In this document: positions 42,580 through 52,046 of the stretch, piece by piece
Position numbering within the stretch: position 1 is the first letter of the stretch
Layout: each line of letters opens with the position of its first letter
Assembly (NCBI GenBank): GCA_943357285.1
Contig: CALRGJ010000007.1
Coordinates: forward strand, 56 to 64,055
DNA: 64,000 nt
From: Candidatus Peribacteria bacterium
GTDB lineage: Bacteria; Patescibacteriota; Gracilibacteria; UBA1369; LOWO2-01-FULL-3
Direction of reading: 5' to 3'
Made by a program: the position numbers and the translations under genes
The notes under the pieces: generated by a model
What the model was told of the DNA's origin: nothing
The model's database searches: none
The model's input: the letters and a program-made list of their open reading frames with translations, nothing else

Positions 42580-42750
42580 AAATATATTATTTTATCTGGA
42601 TATTCTATCACAAATGTGGCTTAAAAACAATTGCCAAAAGGGTTTCTGGCCTGTAAAATCCTCGCAGTTCGAGTATTCAAATATACTCCAAAAGGGAAAA
42701 TAAGCAAGACTCAAATCATCAATAAACAGCTACACATAACCACAACCCCC

Positions 42751-44028
42751 ATGGACTACAAGATCAAGAAATTGCCAAAATCTTTGGTAGAAATCACTGT
42801 TACTATCACTGCTGAGGAAATGCCGAAATATGTGAAGAAGGCGACAGAAGAAATTGCTAAGGACATTGAGATCAAAGGTTTCCGTAAAGGTCACGTACCT
42901 CCACACATTCTCGACCAGCACATTGATAAAAAATTCATCACAGCTCACGCTGAAGAATTAGCTGTTCGCGAAACATATTCTGAAGTTGCTACAAAAGAAG
43001 GTCTTTACGTTGTGACTCGCCCTGAAGTGAAAATCGAAAAAGAAGAACCACTTACTTACGTAGCTACTGTAGCTGTAATGCCAGAAGTTGAAATCAAAGA
43101 TCACAAATCTATTAAAGTTAAAAAAGAGAAAATAGAAGTAAGCCCAAAAGAAGTAGAAGAGGTGATTGACGATCTCAAAAAGCACAACACTATTTTCCGC
43201 GATGCTGAAAAAGAAATTAAAAAAGGAGACAGAGCAGAAATCGATTTCGAAGGTTTCGACGAAGAAGGTAAATCTGTAGAAAATACTAAGAGCACAAATC
43301 ATCCACTTATCGTAGGTGAGGGGACTCTTATTCCAGGTTTTGAAGAAAATCTTATCGGTCTAAAGAAAGAAGACAAAAAAGAATTCGACATTGTTTTCCC
43401 TGAAGACTATCACAAAAAAGATTTCCAGAAGAAAAAGATGAAATTCAAGATCGAAGTGAAGAGAGTGGAAGAGCCAATCGCTCCAGAATTGGACGAAGCT
43501 CTTATCGAAAAAGCTACAGGCAAAAAGCACTCAGTAGATGAATTCAAAAAAGAACTCGAATTAAACATTCGCAATAAAAAAGAAGACGAAGCAAAAGTAA
43601 AACAAGAAAACGAATACATCGAAAAAGTTATCAAAGCTATGGAAGCAGAAATTCCAGAAGCTATGATCACGGAAGAAGCTCACTTCATGATGGACGAAAT
43701 TAAAGAGGAAGTTCAATCTAAAGGAATTGAATTCCACAAATTTCTAGAACAGGCTAAAACTTCTGAAGAAGATATTCTCAAGAAATACACTCCTGAAGCT
43801 GAGAAACGTGTAAAAATCCGTCTCGCTCTTCAATTCCTTCTCAAGGCAGAAGAAATCAAAGTAAGCGACGAAGACCTACAAGCTGAATTAGACAAAATCA
43901 AAGCAATGTATCCGGAAGCTGAACACAAAAAAATTGAAGGAGACTTTGCAAGCGGTAGATTATCTACTCAAATCGCAAACAGAATGGCTATCAGAAAGCT
44001 ATTCGACAAAGTGTTGAAAGAAGAATAA
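42751..44028 (+). CDS. tig: Trigger factor
   Basis: IKGFRKGHVP signature, FKBP domain (IDFEG, LIPGFEE, FPEDYH); start moved to ATG 42751. Confidence 0.97.
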   Translation: MDYKIKKLPKSLVEITVTITAEEMPKYVKKATEEIAKDIEIKGFRKGHVPPHILDQHIDKKFITAHAEELAVRETYSEVATKEGLYVVTRPEVKIEKEEPLTYVATVAVMPEVEIKDHKSIKVKKEKIEVSPKEVEEVIDDLKKHNTIFRDAEKEIKKGDRAEIDFEGFDEEGKSVENTKSTNHPLIVGEGTLIPGFEENLIGLKKEDKKEFDIVFPEDYHKKDFQKKKMKFKIEVKRVEEPIAPELDEALIEKATGKKHSVDEFKKELELNIRNKKEDEAKVKQENEYIEKVIKAMEAEIPEAMITEEAHFMMDEIKEEVQSKGIEFHKFLEQAKTSEEDILKKYTPEAEKRVKIRLALQFLLKAEEIKVSDEDLQAELDKIKAMYPEAEHKKIEGDFASGRLSTQIANRMAIRKLFDKVLKEE

Positions 44029-44036
44029 TTAAGAGA

Positions 44037-44270
44037 TCAAAATCCATCATCAGTTCTACTGCCAATGAACGCCAAAAGCGACATCGCATAGAAGAATCCG
44101 GTAATCGCTCCTAGAAGGGCGATTATTAGGATTATGAAGAATGGTTTCAAACCATCAGCATTTGTGAAAAGAAGAAGAAAGTCACGGGTAGTCGCCGGAA
44201 TATTTTCAAAAGCCAAAATCAAAATTGCGAAAATCGCCAAGACAGAAATTGATAAATAAAATTTTTTCAT
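44037..44270 (-). CDS. Small two-TM protein, LapA/DUF1049-like
   Basis: ILAFENI after TM1; paralog of the neighbouring gene. Confidence 0.65.
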   Translation of the reverse strand: MKKFYLSISVLAIFAILILAFENIPATTRDFLLLFTNADGLKPFFIILIIALLGAITGFFYAMSLLAFIGSRTDDGF

Positions 44271-44295
44271 AGGGATGATTTAAACATTCTAAGGT

Positions 44296-44532
44296 TTACA
44301 TTGTGTCCTCAGGTATTTCTTTTTTGCCTGGGGTTGTAACGTACATTGTAGCGAAAAAACCAGCTATAAAGCCAATAAGTGCGATGCCAATTACCACGAA
44401 GAAAATATTGGTTCCATCCATGGAAGCAAAGAAAAATGCTGATTTTGATAGTGTAGAGTTAATATTCTCAAACGCAATAATGAGAATTACAATGGTCAAA
44501 AAGAATGATGCTCCAAAATAAAAACCTTTCAT
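44296..44532 (-). CDS. Small two-TM protein, LapA/DUF1049-like
   Basis: IIAFENI after TM1; paralog of the neighbouring gene. Confidence 0.65.
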   Translation of the reverse strand: MKGFYFGASFFLTIVILIIAFENINSTLSKSAFFFASMDGTNIFFVVIGIALIGFIAGFFATMYVTTPGKKEIPEDTM

Positions 44533-44624
44533 GAAATGATGGTAAACACTACTGATGACATCATAGAATGTTCCTCAATATTTATCAAGAATTATTTCAC
44601 TGAACAACAATTTGTAACAAAAAC

Positions 44625-44653
44625 TTGCCAAGCGTATACAATTTGTATACATT
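44625..44653 (+). promoter_or_regulatory. Promoter overlapped by a palindromic operator
   Basis: TTGCCA-17-TACATT; GTATACAA-T-TTGTATAC at 44634-44650. Confidence 0.6.
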
Positions 44654-44681
44654 ACCTCTGGGCACGAACTAAAACTAGGGC

Positions 44682-45260
44682 ATGTTAAAAAGACTTTTTA
44701 CGTCCAATACGCGTATCAAGCTGATGACAGTTTTCTTAATGAATCCTGCAGAGGAATATTTTATTAGGGAATTGACTCGTAAACTTGATGAACAAATTAA
44801 TTCAATTCGTCGTGAGTTGGATAATCTGAAACGTGTGGGACTACTCAAAACCCGTACAAAAAACCGAAAAAAGTATTACTACGTTAATACTGGTTTCATT
44901 ATATATGAAGAATTAAAGAGCATTATCATCAAGGCAGTCTCTTCTAATGAGAACCTTATAAAGGATATACAGAAGATGGGTGAAGTCATTGTTTTAGCCT
45001 TATCTGGCCAATTCGTTGATAGACCTACTACTAGTGTAGATATGCTTATTGTGGGCAATGTAGACAGAGAGAGACTCACTCAATATATCAATAATGAGCT
45101 TAGAACTAAGAGACCAATCAAGTTTACAGTGATGAATGAAGAGGACTATCGCTACAGACAGAGCTGCAAGGATAAGTTTGTATCTGATCTGATGAATGAC
45201 GAAGATAATCAGATCGCAATCAACAAAATGACACTTGCAGATGTGGATGTGCGTTTGTAA
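44682..45260 (+). CDS. Winged-helix transcriptional regulator with nucleotidyltransferase-like C-terminal domain (CPR-conserved)
   Basis: LFTS.TRIKL...YFIRELTR...INSIRREL.NL...GLL; C-terminal LSG.F...VDMLIVG. Confidence 0.8.
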   Translation: MLKRLFTSNTRIKLMTVFLMNPAEEYFIRELTRKLDEQINSIRRELDNLKRVGLLKTRTKNRKKYYYVNTGFIIYEELKSIIIKAVSSNENLIKDIQKMGEVIVLALSGQFVDRPTTSVDMLIVGNVDRERLTQYINNELRTKRPIKFTVMNEEDYRYRQSCKDKFVSDLMNDEDNQIAINKMTLADVDVRL

Positions 45261-45283
45261 CCTAAAAGAAGCCTAAAAATCAC

Positions 45284-45312
45284 TTGCCAAATAACCTGAG
45301 CTTATATATATT
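45284..45312 (+). promoter_or_regulatory. rplS promoter
   Basis: TTGCCA-17-TATATT. Confidence 0.55.
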
Positions 45313-45401
45313 GCTCGAGCTAGCAGACACAAGCGAAGTGCAGTGTCAGATAAGCAAAAAGTTTTGACTAAGGTCAAAACACCATATCCCAAATACATCA
45401 T

Positions 45402-45848
45402 ATGACATTATTACAAGACGTACAAAGATTAGCAATGAAGAAGAAGGTTCCAGATTTGAAACCTGGTTACACTGTTGCAGTTCACCAGAAGATTAAAGAA
45501 GGTGAAAAGGAACGTGTTCAGATTTTTGAAGGACTAATTATCGCTATTGGTAGCGGACATGGTGCTGATAAGACTTTTACAGTTCGTAAAGTAGTTGAAG
45601 GTATTGGTGTTGAAAGAATTTTTCCTCTTTATTCTCCAAGAATCGAAAAGATTCAGGTGAAAAAAGAAGGTAAAGTACGTCGCGCTAGACTTTATTATAT
45701 GGCTAAGAGATTCGGTAAGTCTGCTAGACTTAAAGAGACTTTTGTTAGCGAAAACGAAATGGAGAAAGAAGTAGCTGCCCTAGCTGAAAAAGTTGCAAAA
45801 GAAGAAGCTAAAAAAGCTGCCGAAGAAGGTACAACAGTAGAAGCATAG
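45402..45848 (+). CDS. rplS: 50S ribosomal protein L19
   Basis: KIKEGEKERVQIFEG...TFTVRK...GVERIFP...VRRARLYY. Confidence 0.99.
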   Translation: MTLLQDVQRLAMKKKVPDLKPGYTVAVHQKIKEGEKERVQIFEGLIIAIGSGHGADKTFTVRKVVEGIGVERIFPLYSPRIEKIQVKKEGKVRRARLYYMAKRFGKSARLKETFVSENEMEKEVAALAEKVAKEEAKKAAEEGTTVEA

Positions 45849-45883
45849 TAAGAGTGGCCAATAGGCCGATAAATTCAAATTAT

Positions 45884-45910
45884 AAAGACGATCGAAAGGT
45901 CGTCTTTTTT
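45884..45910 (+). terminator. Intrinsic terminator after rplS
   Basis: AAAGACGATC-GAAA-GGTCGTCTTTTTT. Confidence 0.85.
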
Positions 45911-45942
45911 GTGCTAATATCGCCACGTCATTACCTCATCTC

Positions 45943-46575
45943 ATGGCCAGCTCCAAACCTCACAAATTTTTCCCCTTAGAATCTCGGCTCAAAAAGCAGG
46001 GTTTTAATCTGATTGCTGGTATGGACGAAGTGGGTCGTGGACCCCTAGCCGGACCAGTCGTTTCCGCAGCAGTAATTCTCAAGGATAAAGCTAAACTTCC
46101 GGGACTAAATGACAGCAAAAAACTTTCAGCTAAACAGCGCAACACTCTCTTCAATCTAATTCTAGATAACTGCCTCGACTATTCAATCGCCGCTGTCTCT
46201 CATGAGTTGGTGGATGAGTGCAACGTCCTTCACGCCACACGCTTGGCCAACGACCTCTGCATCTCAGAATTAAGCCATAAACCGGACATTGCCGTGATAG
46301 ACGGTCATGACAGCCAAATCCTCGACATTCCTTTTATCACGGTGGTAAAAGGCGATTTCCATATTCGTTCTATCGCTGCAGCATCCATTCTCGCCAAGGT
46401 GGTGAGAGATGCCATTATGTATCGCTACGCTGAGGAATTTCCAGAGTATGGTTTCGAGAAACATGTGGGCTATGGTACACGACTGCATCGATCCTGCTTA
46501 GCAAAACACGGAATTTGTGCTATTCATAGAAAGTCATTTCAATTATTGAAACATGAAGATAGTAATATGTGGTAA
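45943..46575 (+). CDS. rnhB: Ribonuclease HII
   Basis: AGMDEVGRGPLAGPV, LNDSKKLS, KGD, SIAAASILAKV.RD. Confidence 0.97.
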   Translation: MASSKPHKFFPLESRLKKQGFNLIAGMDEVGRGPLAGPVVSAAVILKDKAKLPGLNDSKKLSAKQRNTLFNLILDNCLDYSIAAVSHELVDECNVLHATRLANDLCISELSHKPDIAVIDGHDSQILDIPFITVVKGDFHIRSIAAASILAKVVRDAIMYRYAEEFPEYGFEKHVGYGTRLHRSCLAKHGICAIHRKSFQLLKHEDSNMW

Positions 46576-47671
46576 TTATGGCGCCGAGAATTTGGGTGAT
46601 GAACTCATTCTAGAAGGGATGCTCGAAACTCTAAGAGCTGTATCTCCCGATGCAGAAATTACCGTCATGAGCGGAAATCCAAAGGAGACAAAATGGCTCT
46701 ATAAGGCAAGATATGGCATGGAGGCAGTTGCTAAGTTTCCATCAGGAATTAGAAGCTTTTTGAAATCTATTTTTCCAAATTCGCCTACAAAGGAAGCGGT
46801 AGATAATTGCGATTATTTTATTCTTGGTGGTGGTGGACTTTTCAATAATTTAAATTGGCACGCCAGTATTATTTGGGCTATGCAAGCCCGCCAGGCTCTC
46901 AGGAAAAATAAACCTATTATCATTTACGGACAAAGCATTGGACCACTTAGCAGTATGGGAGAATTTTTCGTCAGAAGGATTTTTTCCAAGGCTAGTTTTA
47001 TTGGAGTAAGAGATGAGGATTCAGCAGCCCTATTAAAAAATCTGGGAATTACAAAGGAAATTACCGTAACTCCGGACCTAGCTTTCCGCGTACCTGTGCC
47101 AGCTCCCAAGCCTGCCCCTGTACTCACTACTCCCACTGTAATTATCTCTCTTCGCCAGCTCAGCAACATAAAAGATAAATCCATCGAGGAATTTTCAAAG
47201 TTCTGTAATTGGCTTATTGAAGAGCGAAAGTGCGTTTTGAAATTTATGGAATTTCAACAGGGAAGTGAAGGCGACAGAAATTTACACCAAAAAGTAATTT
47301 CTCAAATTAATCAAAGAGACAAAGTAATTAATATAAATCCAGCGATAGATCCCGAGGCACTTTTCAATCATTTTCAAAAAGCGAGTTTTGTTTTTGCTAT
47401 GAGAATGCACGCCACTATCTGCGCCATGAAAACTTGTAAACCATTCTTAGCCATCAGTTATTCCAAGAAAATCGATTCACTGATAAAGGATTCTGACCTG
47501 GGAGAATACATCATTAGCCACAATGATATCAGCTTCGATAAACTCAAAGCACACTTTATTTCTTTAGATGGAAAAAAGGATAATGTAAAAGAAAAACTCC
47601 AAGTTCTAAATAGTGAGAATTTGGAAAAACTAAAATCAGCCGAGCTTAAATTGAAAAATCTTTTGAAGTAA
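46553..47671 (+). CDS. Polysaccharide pyruvyl transferase family protein (CsaB-like)
   Basis: GNYGAENLGDE, GGGGLF, QSIGP, VRDEDS, PDLAF, MRMH. Confidence 0.9.
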   Translation: MKIVICGNYGAENLGDELILEGMLETLRAVSPDAEITVMSGNPKETKWLYKARYGMEAVAKFPSGIRSFLKSIFPNSPTKEAVDNCDYFILGGGGLFNNLNWHASIIWAMQARQALRKNKPIIIYGQSIGPLSSMGEFFVRRIFSKASFIGVRDEDSAALLKNLGITKEITVTPDLAFRVPVPAPKPAPVLTTPTVIISLRQLSNIKDKSIEEFSKFCNWLIEERKCVLKFMEFQQGSEGDRNLHQKVISQINQRDKVININPAIDPEALFNHFQKASFVFAMRMHATICAMKTCKPFLAISYSKKIDSLIKDSDLGEYIISHNDISFDKLKAHFISLDGKKDNVKEKLQVLNSENLEKLKSAELKLKNLLK

Positions 47672-48560
47672 TTTTGTGCTTCTGCGTACCTCTTTCTGCT
47701 ATCACTAAGGCAGCCATTTTATTGGCTTTTTTACATGACATTTCTATATTCATGCCATTCACATATCCACTCAAAAATCCTGCGCGGAAAGCATCTCCAC
47801 AACCGGTCGTATCCACCACCTTCACTCCGGCAACAGCAGGGACGTTTATTACATCTCCATTCTCGAAAATATCACAGCCTTTTTCTCCAGTAGTTTTAAT
47901 TAGGAAGCCGCATAAGGAAGCCAATTTATCCTCGCTAAGATCCAGCTTTTTCATCAACATTTCTACCTCGTAATCATTTGCAATCATGCCCACAGACTTC
48001 TCAATTAATTCCAAAATTTCTTCTTTGCTCAATGCCGGAATTGCCTGGCCGGGATCAAAAATAAACTTAATTCCAACACTATTAAAATATCTGCCAAAGT
48101 GCATCATTCTTTTAGGAGGTTCCGGCGCAATAATTGCGCAATCAATAGTACTAGGATCTACTCCCTTTAATTCCAGCCCATCTTCCAAATTATCCATCGC
48201 TCCAGGAGAAAAAATAGAAATTTGATTCTGTTTATTATCACTCAAAATGTAGGCCGAAGCAGTTAGTTTCCCACCATCCACAGCAATCTGACTCGCAGAA
48301 ATTCCATTCACATCCATCCATTTTTTATATCTTTCAAAATCCATTCCCGCCACGCCAAGAATGACAGGTTCACATTCCAAAAGCTTCAAGCTATAGGCAA
48401 TATTTCCTGCGCATCCGCCAAATTCATAGTCATGAGTTTTTGCCAAAAAAGACACGCTCAAATTCTTAAGCTGATCGGCAATAAGCGAATCGGAAAATTC
48501 ACCATCAAAGGTCATCAGGTGGTCGTAGGCAATGGATCCCGTTACCAGAATTTTTTTCAT
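47646..48560 (-). CDS. PfkB family carbohydrate/nucleoside kinase (adenosine kinase-like)
   Basis: GSIAYD, FGGCAGNIAY, FDPGQ, NDYE, DTTGCGDAFRAG. Confidence 0.92.
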   Translation of the reverse strand: MKKILVTGSIAYDHLMTFDGEFSDSLIADQLKNLSVSFLAKTHDYEFGGCAGNIAYSLKLLECEPVILGVAGMDFERYKKWMDVNGISASQIAVDGGKLTASAYILSDNKQNQISIFSPGAMDNLEDGLELKGVDPSTIDCAIIAPEPPKRMMHFGRYFNSVGIKFIFDPGQAIPALSKEEILELIEKSVGMIANDYEVEMLMKKLDLSEDKLASLCGFLIKTTGEKGCDIFENGDVINVPAVAGVKVVDTTGCGDAFRAGFLSGYVNGMNIEMSCKKANKMAALVIAERGTQKHKITSKDFSI

Positions 48561-49390
48561 TTTTGCTTAGTGAAAACATCTACTTCTTCACGATCTAGTA
48601 GATTCTTGTGTGGACGATCGGTAGATTCAGTAACCTTATCAGCAGGAATAGCGAGAGCCTCATCTATATGCGCCAAACGGCTCTTCTGAATGAGTTTGCC
48701 GCTCTCCATTAAACTATCAAATGATTCGCCACAATCGCCCCAGAAGCCCTTCAAAACTTCATGCTTTAGGGTTCCTTGTTCTAGATAGAAGTTATTTACG
48801 TCAGTAATTTCCAATTCATTACGACCAGATGGTTTTAGACCCTTAATCACATCAAAAACTTGAGGGTCATACATATAACACCCAACCACCGCTAGATCAG
48901 ATTGAGGATCTTTAGGTTTCTCCACGATCTTTGTTATTTTTCCATCTTCAAGCTCGGCCACACCATATGATTTTGGATTTGCTACAGGCTTCAATAAAAC
49001 CTTCGCTCCACGAGGTAAAGCCCTGAAGTCTTTTACCGCTTCAACAAGATTGTCTTCAAATATATTATCTCCAAGAATAACAACTATTTTTTCATTATTA
49101 GAAAAGTCTTCAGCTAAGCTCAAAGCCTGAGCAATTCCACCGGCTTTTTCTTGTACTTCATAAGAGATCTTTAAACCAAACTGAGCACCTGAACCAAGTA
49201 GTTCCAAGAAGCTTCCAGCGTGGCCAATACCAGATACAATCATGATATTTGTGATACCAGCTTCCTTCATCGCAAAAAGCGGATAATAAATCATCGGCTT
49301 ATTGTAAACCGGAAGCAAATGCTTATTTGTGACTTTTGTCAGAGGAAACAGTCTGCTACCCGTACCTCCAGCTAGTATTATTCCTTTCAT
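48557..49390 (-). CDS. rmlA: Glucose-1-phosphate thymidylyltransferase (RmlA/SpsI-like)
   Basis: GIILAGGTGSRL.PLT...NKHLLPVY.KPMI, LGDNIF, EKP, RNELEITD. Confidence 0.9.
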   Translation of the reverse strand: MKGIILAGGTGSRLFPLTKVTNKHLLPVYNKPMIYYPLFAMKEAGITNIMIVSGIGHAGSFLELLGSGAQFGLKISYEVQEKAGGIAQALSLAEDFSNNEKIVVILGDNIFEDNLVEAVKDFRALPRGAKVLLKPVANPKSYGVAELEDGKITKIVEKPKDPQSDLAVVGCYMYDPQVFDVIKGLKPSGRNELEITDVNNFYLEQGTLKHEVLKGFWGDCGESFDSLMESGKLIQKSRLAHIDEALAIPADKVTESTDRPHKNLLDREEVDVFTKQK

Positions 49391-49474
49391 AGGCCAGATT
49401 AAACACTAAATTTGGAGAAAAAGCAAGTTTTAAAAGAAGAGGCATGAATAAGGTGAAATTTAGACATGGAGGCA

Positions 49475-49503
49475 TTGACAAAATATGGCATATATGTTAC
49501 ATT
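49475..49503 (+). promoter_or_regulatory. Promoter of the GC-rich cassette
   Basis: TTGACA-17-TACATT with TGn; ATGGCA/TGCCAT inverted repeat (49485-49508) overlaps the -10. Confidence 0.7.
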
Positions 49504-49509
49504 GCCATG

Positions 49510-49855
49510 CTTGATTTGCGTGACGGTCTCAGCCGCAGCACAAACCAAGACCTAGTAGGGTTGCTAGGATGGTACTTAAAGGTCAGTAATCGCTGACTCG
49601 GATGGTGTCATCTTCCCCGACCGGTCATGGTTGCGGAAGGAGACAAGTTCCAAGTCAACGATATTTGACAACTGGTACTCAACAATTCAAAGGGTAATCC
49701 GAAAGTCGGAGCTACCTCAAGAAATTCAAGTTTTTCTACAGGAGAATATTAAGGAACCTAGGGTGGTAAAGAAACCACCCAGTTCATTTTCGTTCTCAAA
49801 ATTAACACCCCACACATAGAGCTGGCCAAGGTTGGCACAGGCTCAAAAGGATAGT
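49510..49855 (+). ncRNA. Long structured 5' leader
   Basis: Multiple hairpins (CCTAGTA/TGCTAGG, GTCAG/CTGAC, GGGTGGT/ACCACCC) and the 5' arm of a long-range stem. Confidence 0.5.
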
Positions 49856-52046
49856 ATGTCGCTAGAACTGAATCGGGCGCTCGAAAGGGCGCGGACCGCA
49901 GAGCAGGAGAGCGCAAGTCTCCAGCTCCGCATCGACAACAACCTTCAGCCAGAGATCGATCGCCTCCGCAAAGAGCGTGATCAAGAGGAGCAGGAGAAGG
50001 GCAAGGCGAAAGCCGAAGCCCGGACCCAGAGCTCCGCTCGGCAGGATGCTGAGTCCAAAGCCGACGCCCGTGCGCGTCGCATCGCTGAACTCGAAACCGA
50101 GGTGGAAGAACTTCAGGAGCGGATCGCCGCCCTGGACCCCACCGAGATCGAGAAGCGTCGGCAGCAGGCCGAGCAGCAGCGACTCGCGCACGAGCAGCAG
50201 GTTCGAGAGGACGAAGAAGAGAGAAAACAGGCCGAAGAGAGCGTCAAGAGTCGCGAGACGTTCTGGATGCAGCTCAAGGTCGCTTCGATCGTCTCCATCC
50301 TGACCATCATCGGTTTCGTCATTCTCTATCTTGCCAAGGTGGAAATGACGTGGCTGGTGCGTGGCCTGGGTGGCGGCATCGTCGTAGTGCTCGCGTTCTT
50401 CGCGCCGCAGATTCTTCGATTGGCCCAGCAGGTGGCACCGCACGCAGCGGCCCACTCGTTCGGAGTCAGTCTCGGATTCGCGGCGACGATCTCGGCCCTC
50501 GTGGTATCCCTCGGTCTTCCGTCGGGTCTGGCCCCTTGGGCTCAGGTTCTGATGTGGATCGGTGCATTCCTCGGCTACACCCTGCTGTTTCAGGGTGCGT
50601 TTCTATCGGTTCGACAGCTCCTCACGGAACAGCGTGCGGGGACCGATACCACCAACGTTCGTAGCAAGGTGGCCCTCGGTTACATCACCTCCTTCCTCCT
50701 TGGGTTGATCGGCGCCGGTTTCTACGAGTACTCCGACTCGGCGTCATCATCAGCCCCCCGCTACCTCGTTCAGGTCCTCATCGGCATGCTCCTCTCAGGG
50801 GTTATGTTCCTGATTTCGATGATCGCCAACTGGGCAGCCCAGCACATCGCGGCTCATTCGACCGGCCTCTTCGCTCGCGAGAGCAAAAAGCTGTCCAAGA
50901 TCGATAAGTGGCTACGGGCCTGTAAGTCCGTTGCCGCCATCGTCTCGGTTTTCGTCGGATGGATCGTGGGGTCCGGGTACGCCTACGCCAACGGGCACAC
51001 TTCGGTGAGCTCGCGGGCAATGGCCATCGGCATCGGGTTCGGCGTCACTGTCGTCTTCTACTTGATCGAAGGCAAAATCCTCGAAGCGTGTTTCCATCGA
51101 CGGTACCACGGGGCGGTTCTCGCCATCCTGGTGCTGTTCGGATCACTCTTCGCGGCCGCTACGGCGTACCTGAGCTTCGGCAAGGTGTACTTCGTGGCGA
51201 GTGAAGGGCCTCGGTTCGCCGAAGCCCAGAGCGCCCTCGTGAAAGCGGAAAACGACTACCTCGCGGCGAGCGAGGCGACCTGTCGCATGTTCGCGGAACG
51301 GCAGGACGACGTCGTCAACAACCCCTACAGCGAAAGCATCAAGGGAATGCAGATGGCTACCGAGATCGCAGGTCGGGCAACTGATCGTAGCGAACTCGTC
51401 GAGTCGGCTCGGCTCTTCCAGGAGTCGGGTTCCAAGGCTTCGAACTGCTTGAACAAGGCGGCTCGGGCTAAGAACCTGCTCTCGTCGGTGGTGGTCTTTT
51501 CGGAGCCCACCCCGTCGGACCTCAGCTCGCAGTACTGGTTCGGGACTGACATTCCCGGCACCAGCGTCCACTCCGGTTCAGCGCGGCAGGCCATCGTGGC
51601 CGTGTGCGTGATCGACTTTCTGATCGTCATTCTCTCTATCTTCGGGTGGTTCTTCGGAGCTCCTCGTCGTGATGAAGAAAACGTGAAAGAGTCGGCCGCC
51701 CATGGCCGCATCGTTTCGATTCGTTCGAGCGATGGGGTCTGCTTCGTAGCAACCGGACTCGAGAGCGGTGTACAGTTTGATGATGTCCTCAACGTCAGAA
51801 ATGACGAAGGAAAGATGGTGGGATCGCTCACAGTCTTGGACATCGACAGTTTTGGCGAGGGCCTCTGCCTCGCCCGTCCCGCTTCCGAGAAGATGATCGT
51901 CACGGTCGGCATGACTGTGGCACTCGCGAACTGAGAGTAGGCGAGGGCACGTTTCGCCGGCGTGCCCTCGCTTCCCTCTTCTCCTCCTCCCTCTCCTCCA
52001 ATCCCAAAAAGGAGGAGGCAACTTGAACCCATGAGTACCAGTTGTC
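49667..52046. repeat. 15-bp perfect inverted repeat enclosing the GC-rich gene
   Basis: GACAACTGGTACTCA (49667-49681) / TGAGTACCAGTTGTC (52032-52046). Confidence 0.9.
49856..51934 (+). CDS. GC-rich orphan polytopic membrane protein (N-terminal coiled coil, ~10 TM, small C-terminal beta domain)
   Basis: Single long ORF, strong GC3 bias, ATG 49856 preceded by AAAAGGA. Confidence 0.85.
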   Translation: MSLELNRALERARTAEQESASLQLRIDNNLQPEIDRLRKERDQEEQEKGKAKAEARTQSSARQDAESKADARARRIAELETEVEELQERIAALDPTEIEKRRQQAEQQRLAHEQQVREDEEERKQAEESVKSRETFWMQLKVASIVSILTIIGFVILYLAKVEMTWLVRGLGGGIVVVLAFFAPQILRLAQQVAPHAAAHSFGVSLGFAATISALVVSLGLPSGLAPWAQVLMWIGAFLGYTLLFQGAFLSVRQLLTEQRAGTDTTNVRSKVALGYITSFLLGLIGAGFYEYSDSASSSAPRYLVQVLIGMLLSGVMFLISMIANWAAQHIAAHSTGLFARESKKLSKIDKWLRACKSVAAIVSVFVGWIVGSGYAYANGHTSVSSRAMAIGIGFGVTVVFYLIEGKILEACFHRRYHGAVLAILVLFGSLFAAATAYLSFGKVYFVASEGPRFAEAQSALVKAENDYLAASEATCRMFAERQDDVVNNPYSESIKGMQMATEIAGRATDRSELVESARLFQESGSKASNCLNKAARAKNLLSSVVVFSEPTPSDLSSQYWFGTDIPGTSVHSGSARQAIVAVCVIDFLIVILSIFGWFFGAPRRDEENVKESAAHGRIVSIRSSDGVCFVATGLESGVQFDDVLNVRNDEGKMVGSLTVLDIDSFGEGLCLARPASEKMIVTVGMTVALAN

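Noticed and set aside
24697-43670. Many antisense ORFs over the giant genes and tig
   Set aside because: Shadow ORFs rich in S/F/L, mirroring K/E-rich sense codons
49631-49819. 62-aa ORF in the leader
   Set aside because: TTG start with no support; it overlaps RNA structural elements
49667-52046. IS element or transposon terminal inverted repeats
   Set aside because: No transposase, no target-site duplication, and the repeats lie inside a promoter-terminator unit; not fully excluded
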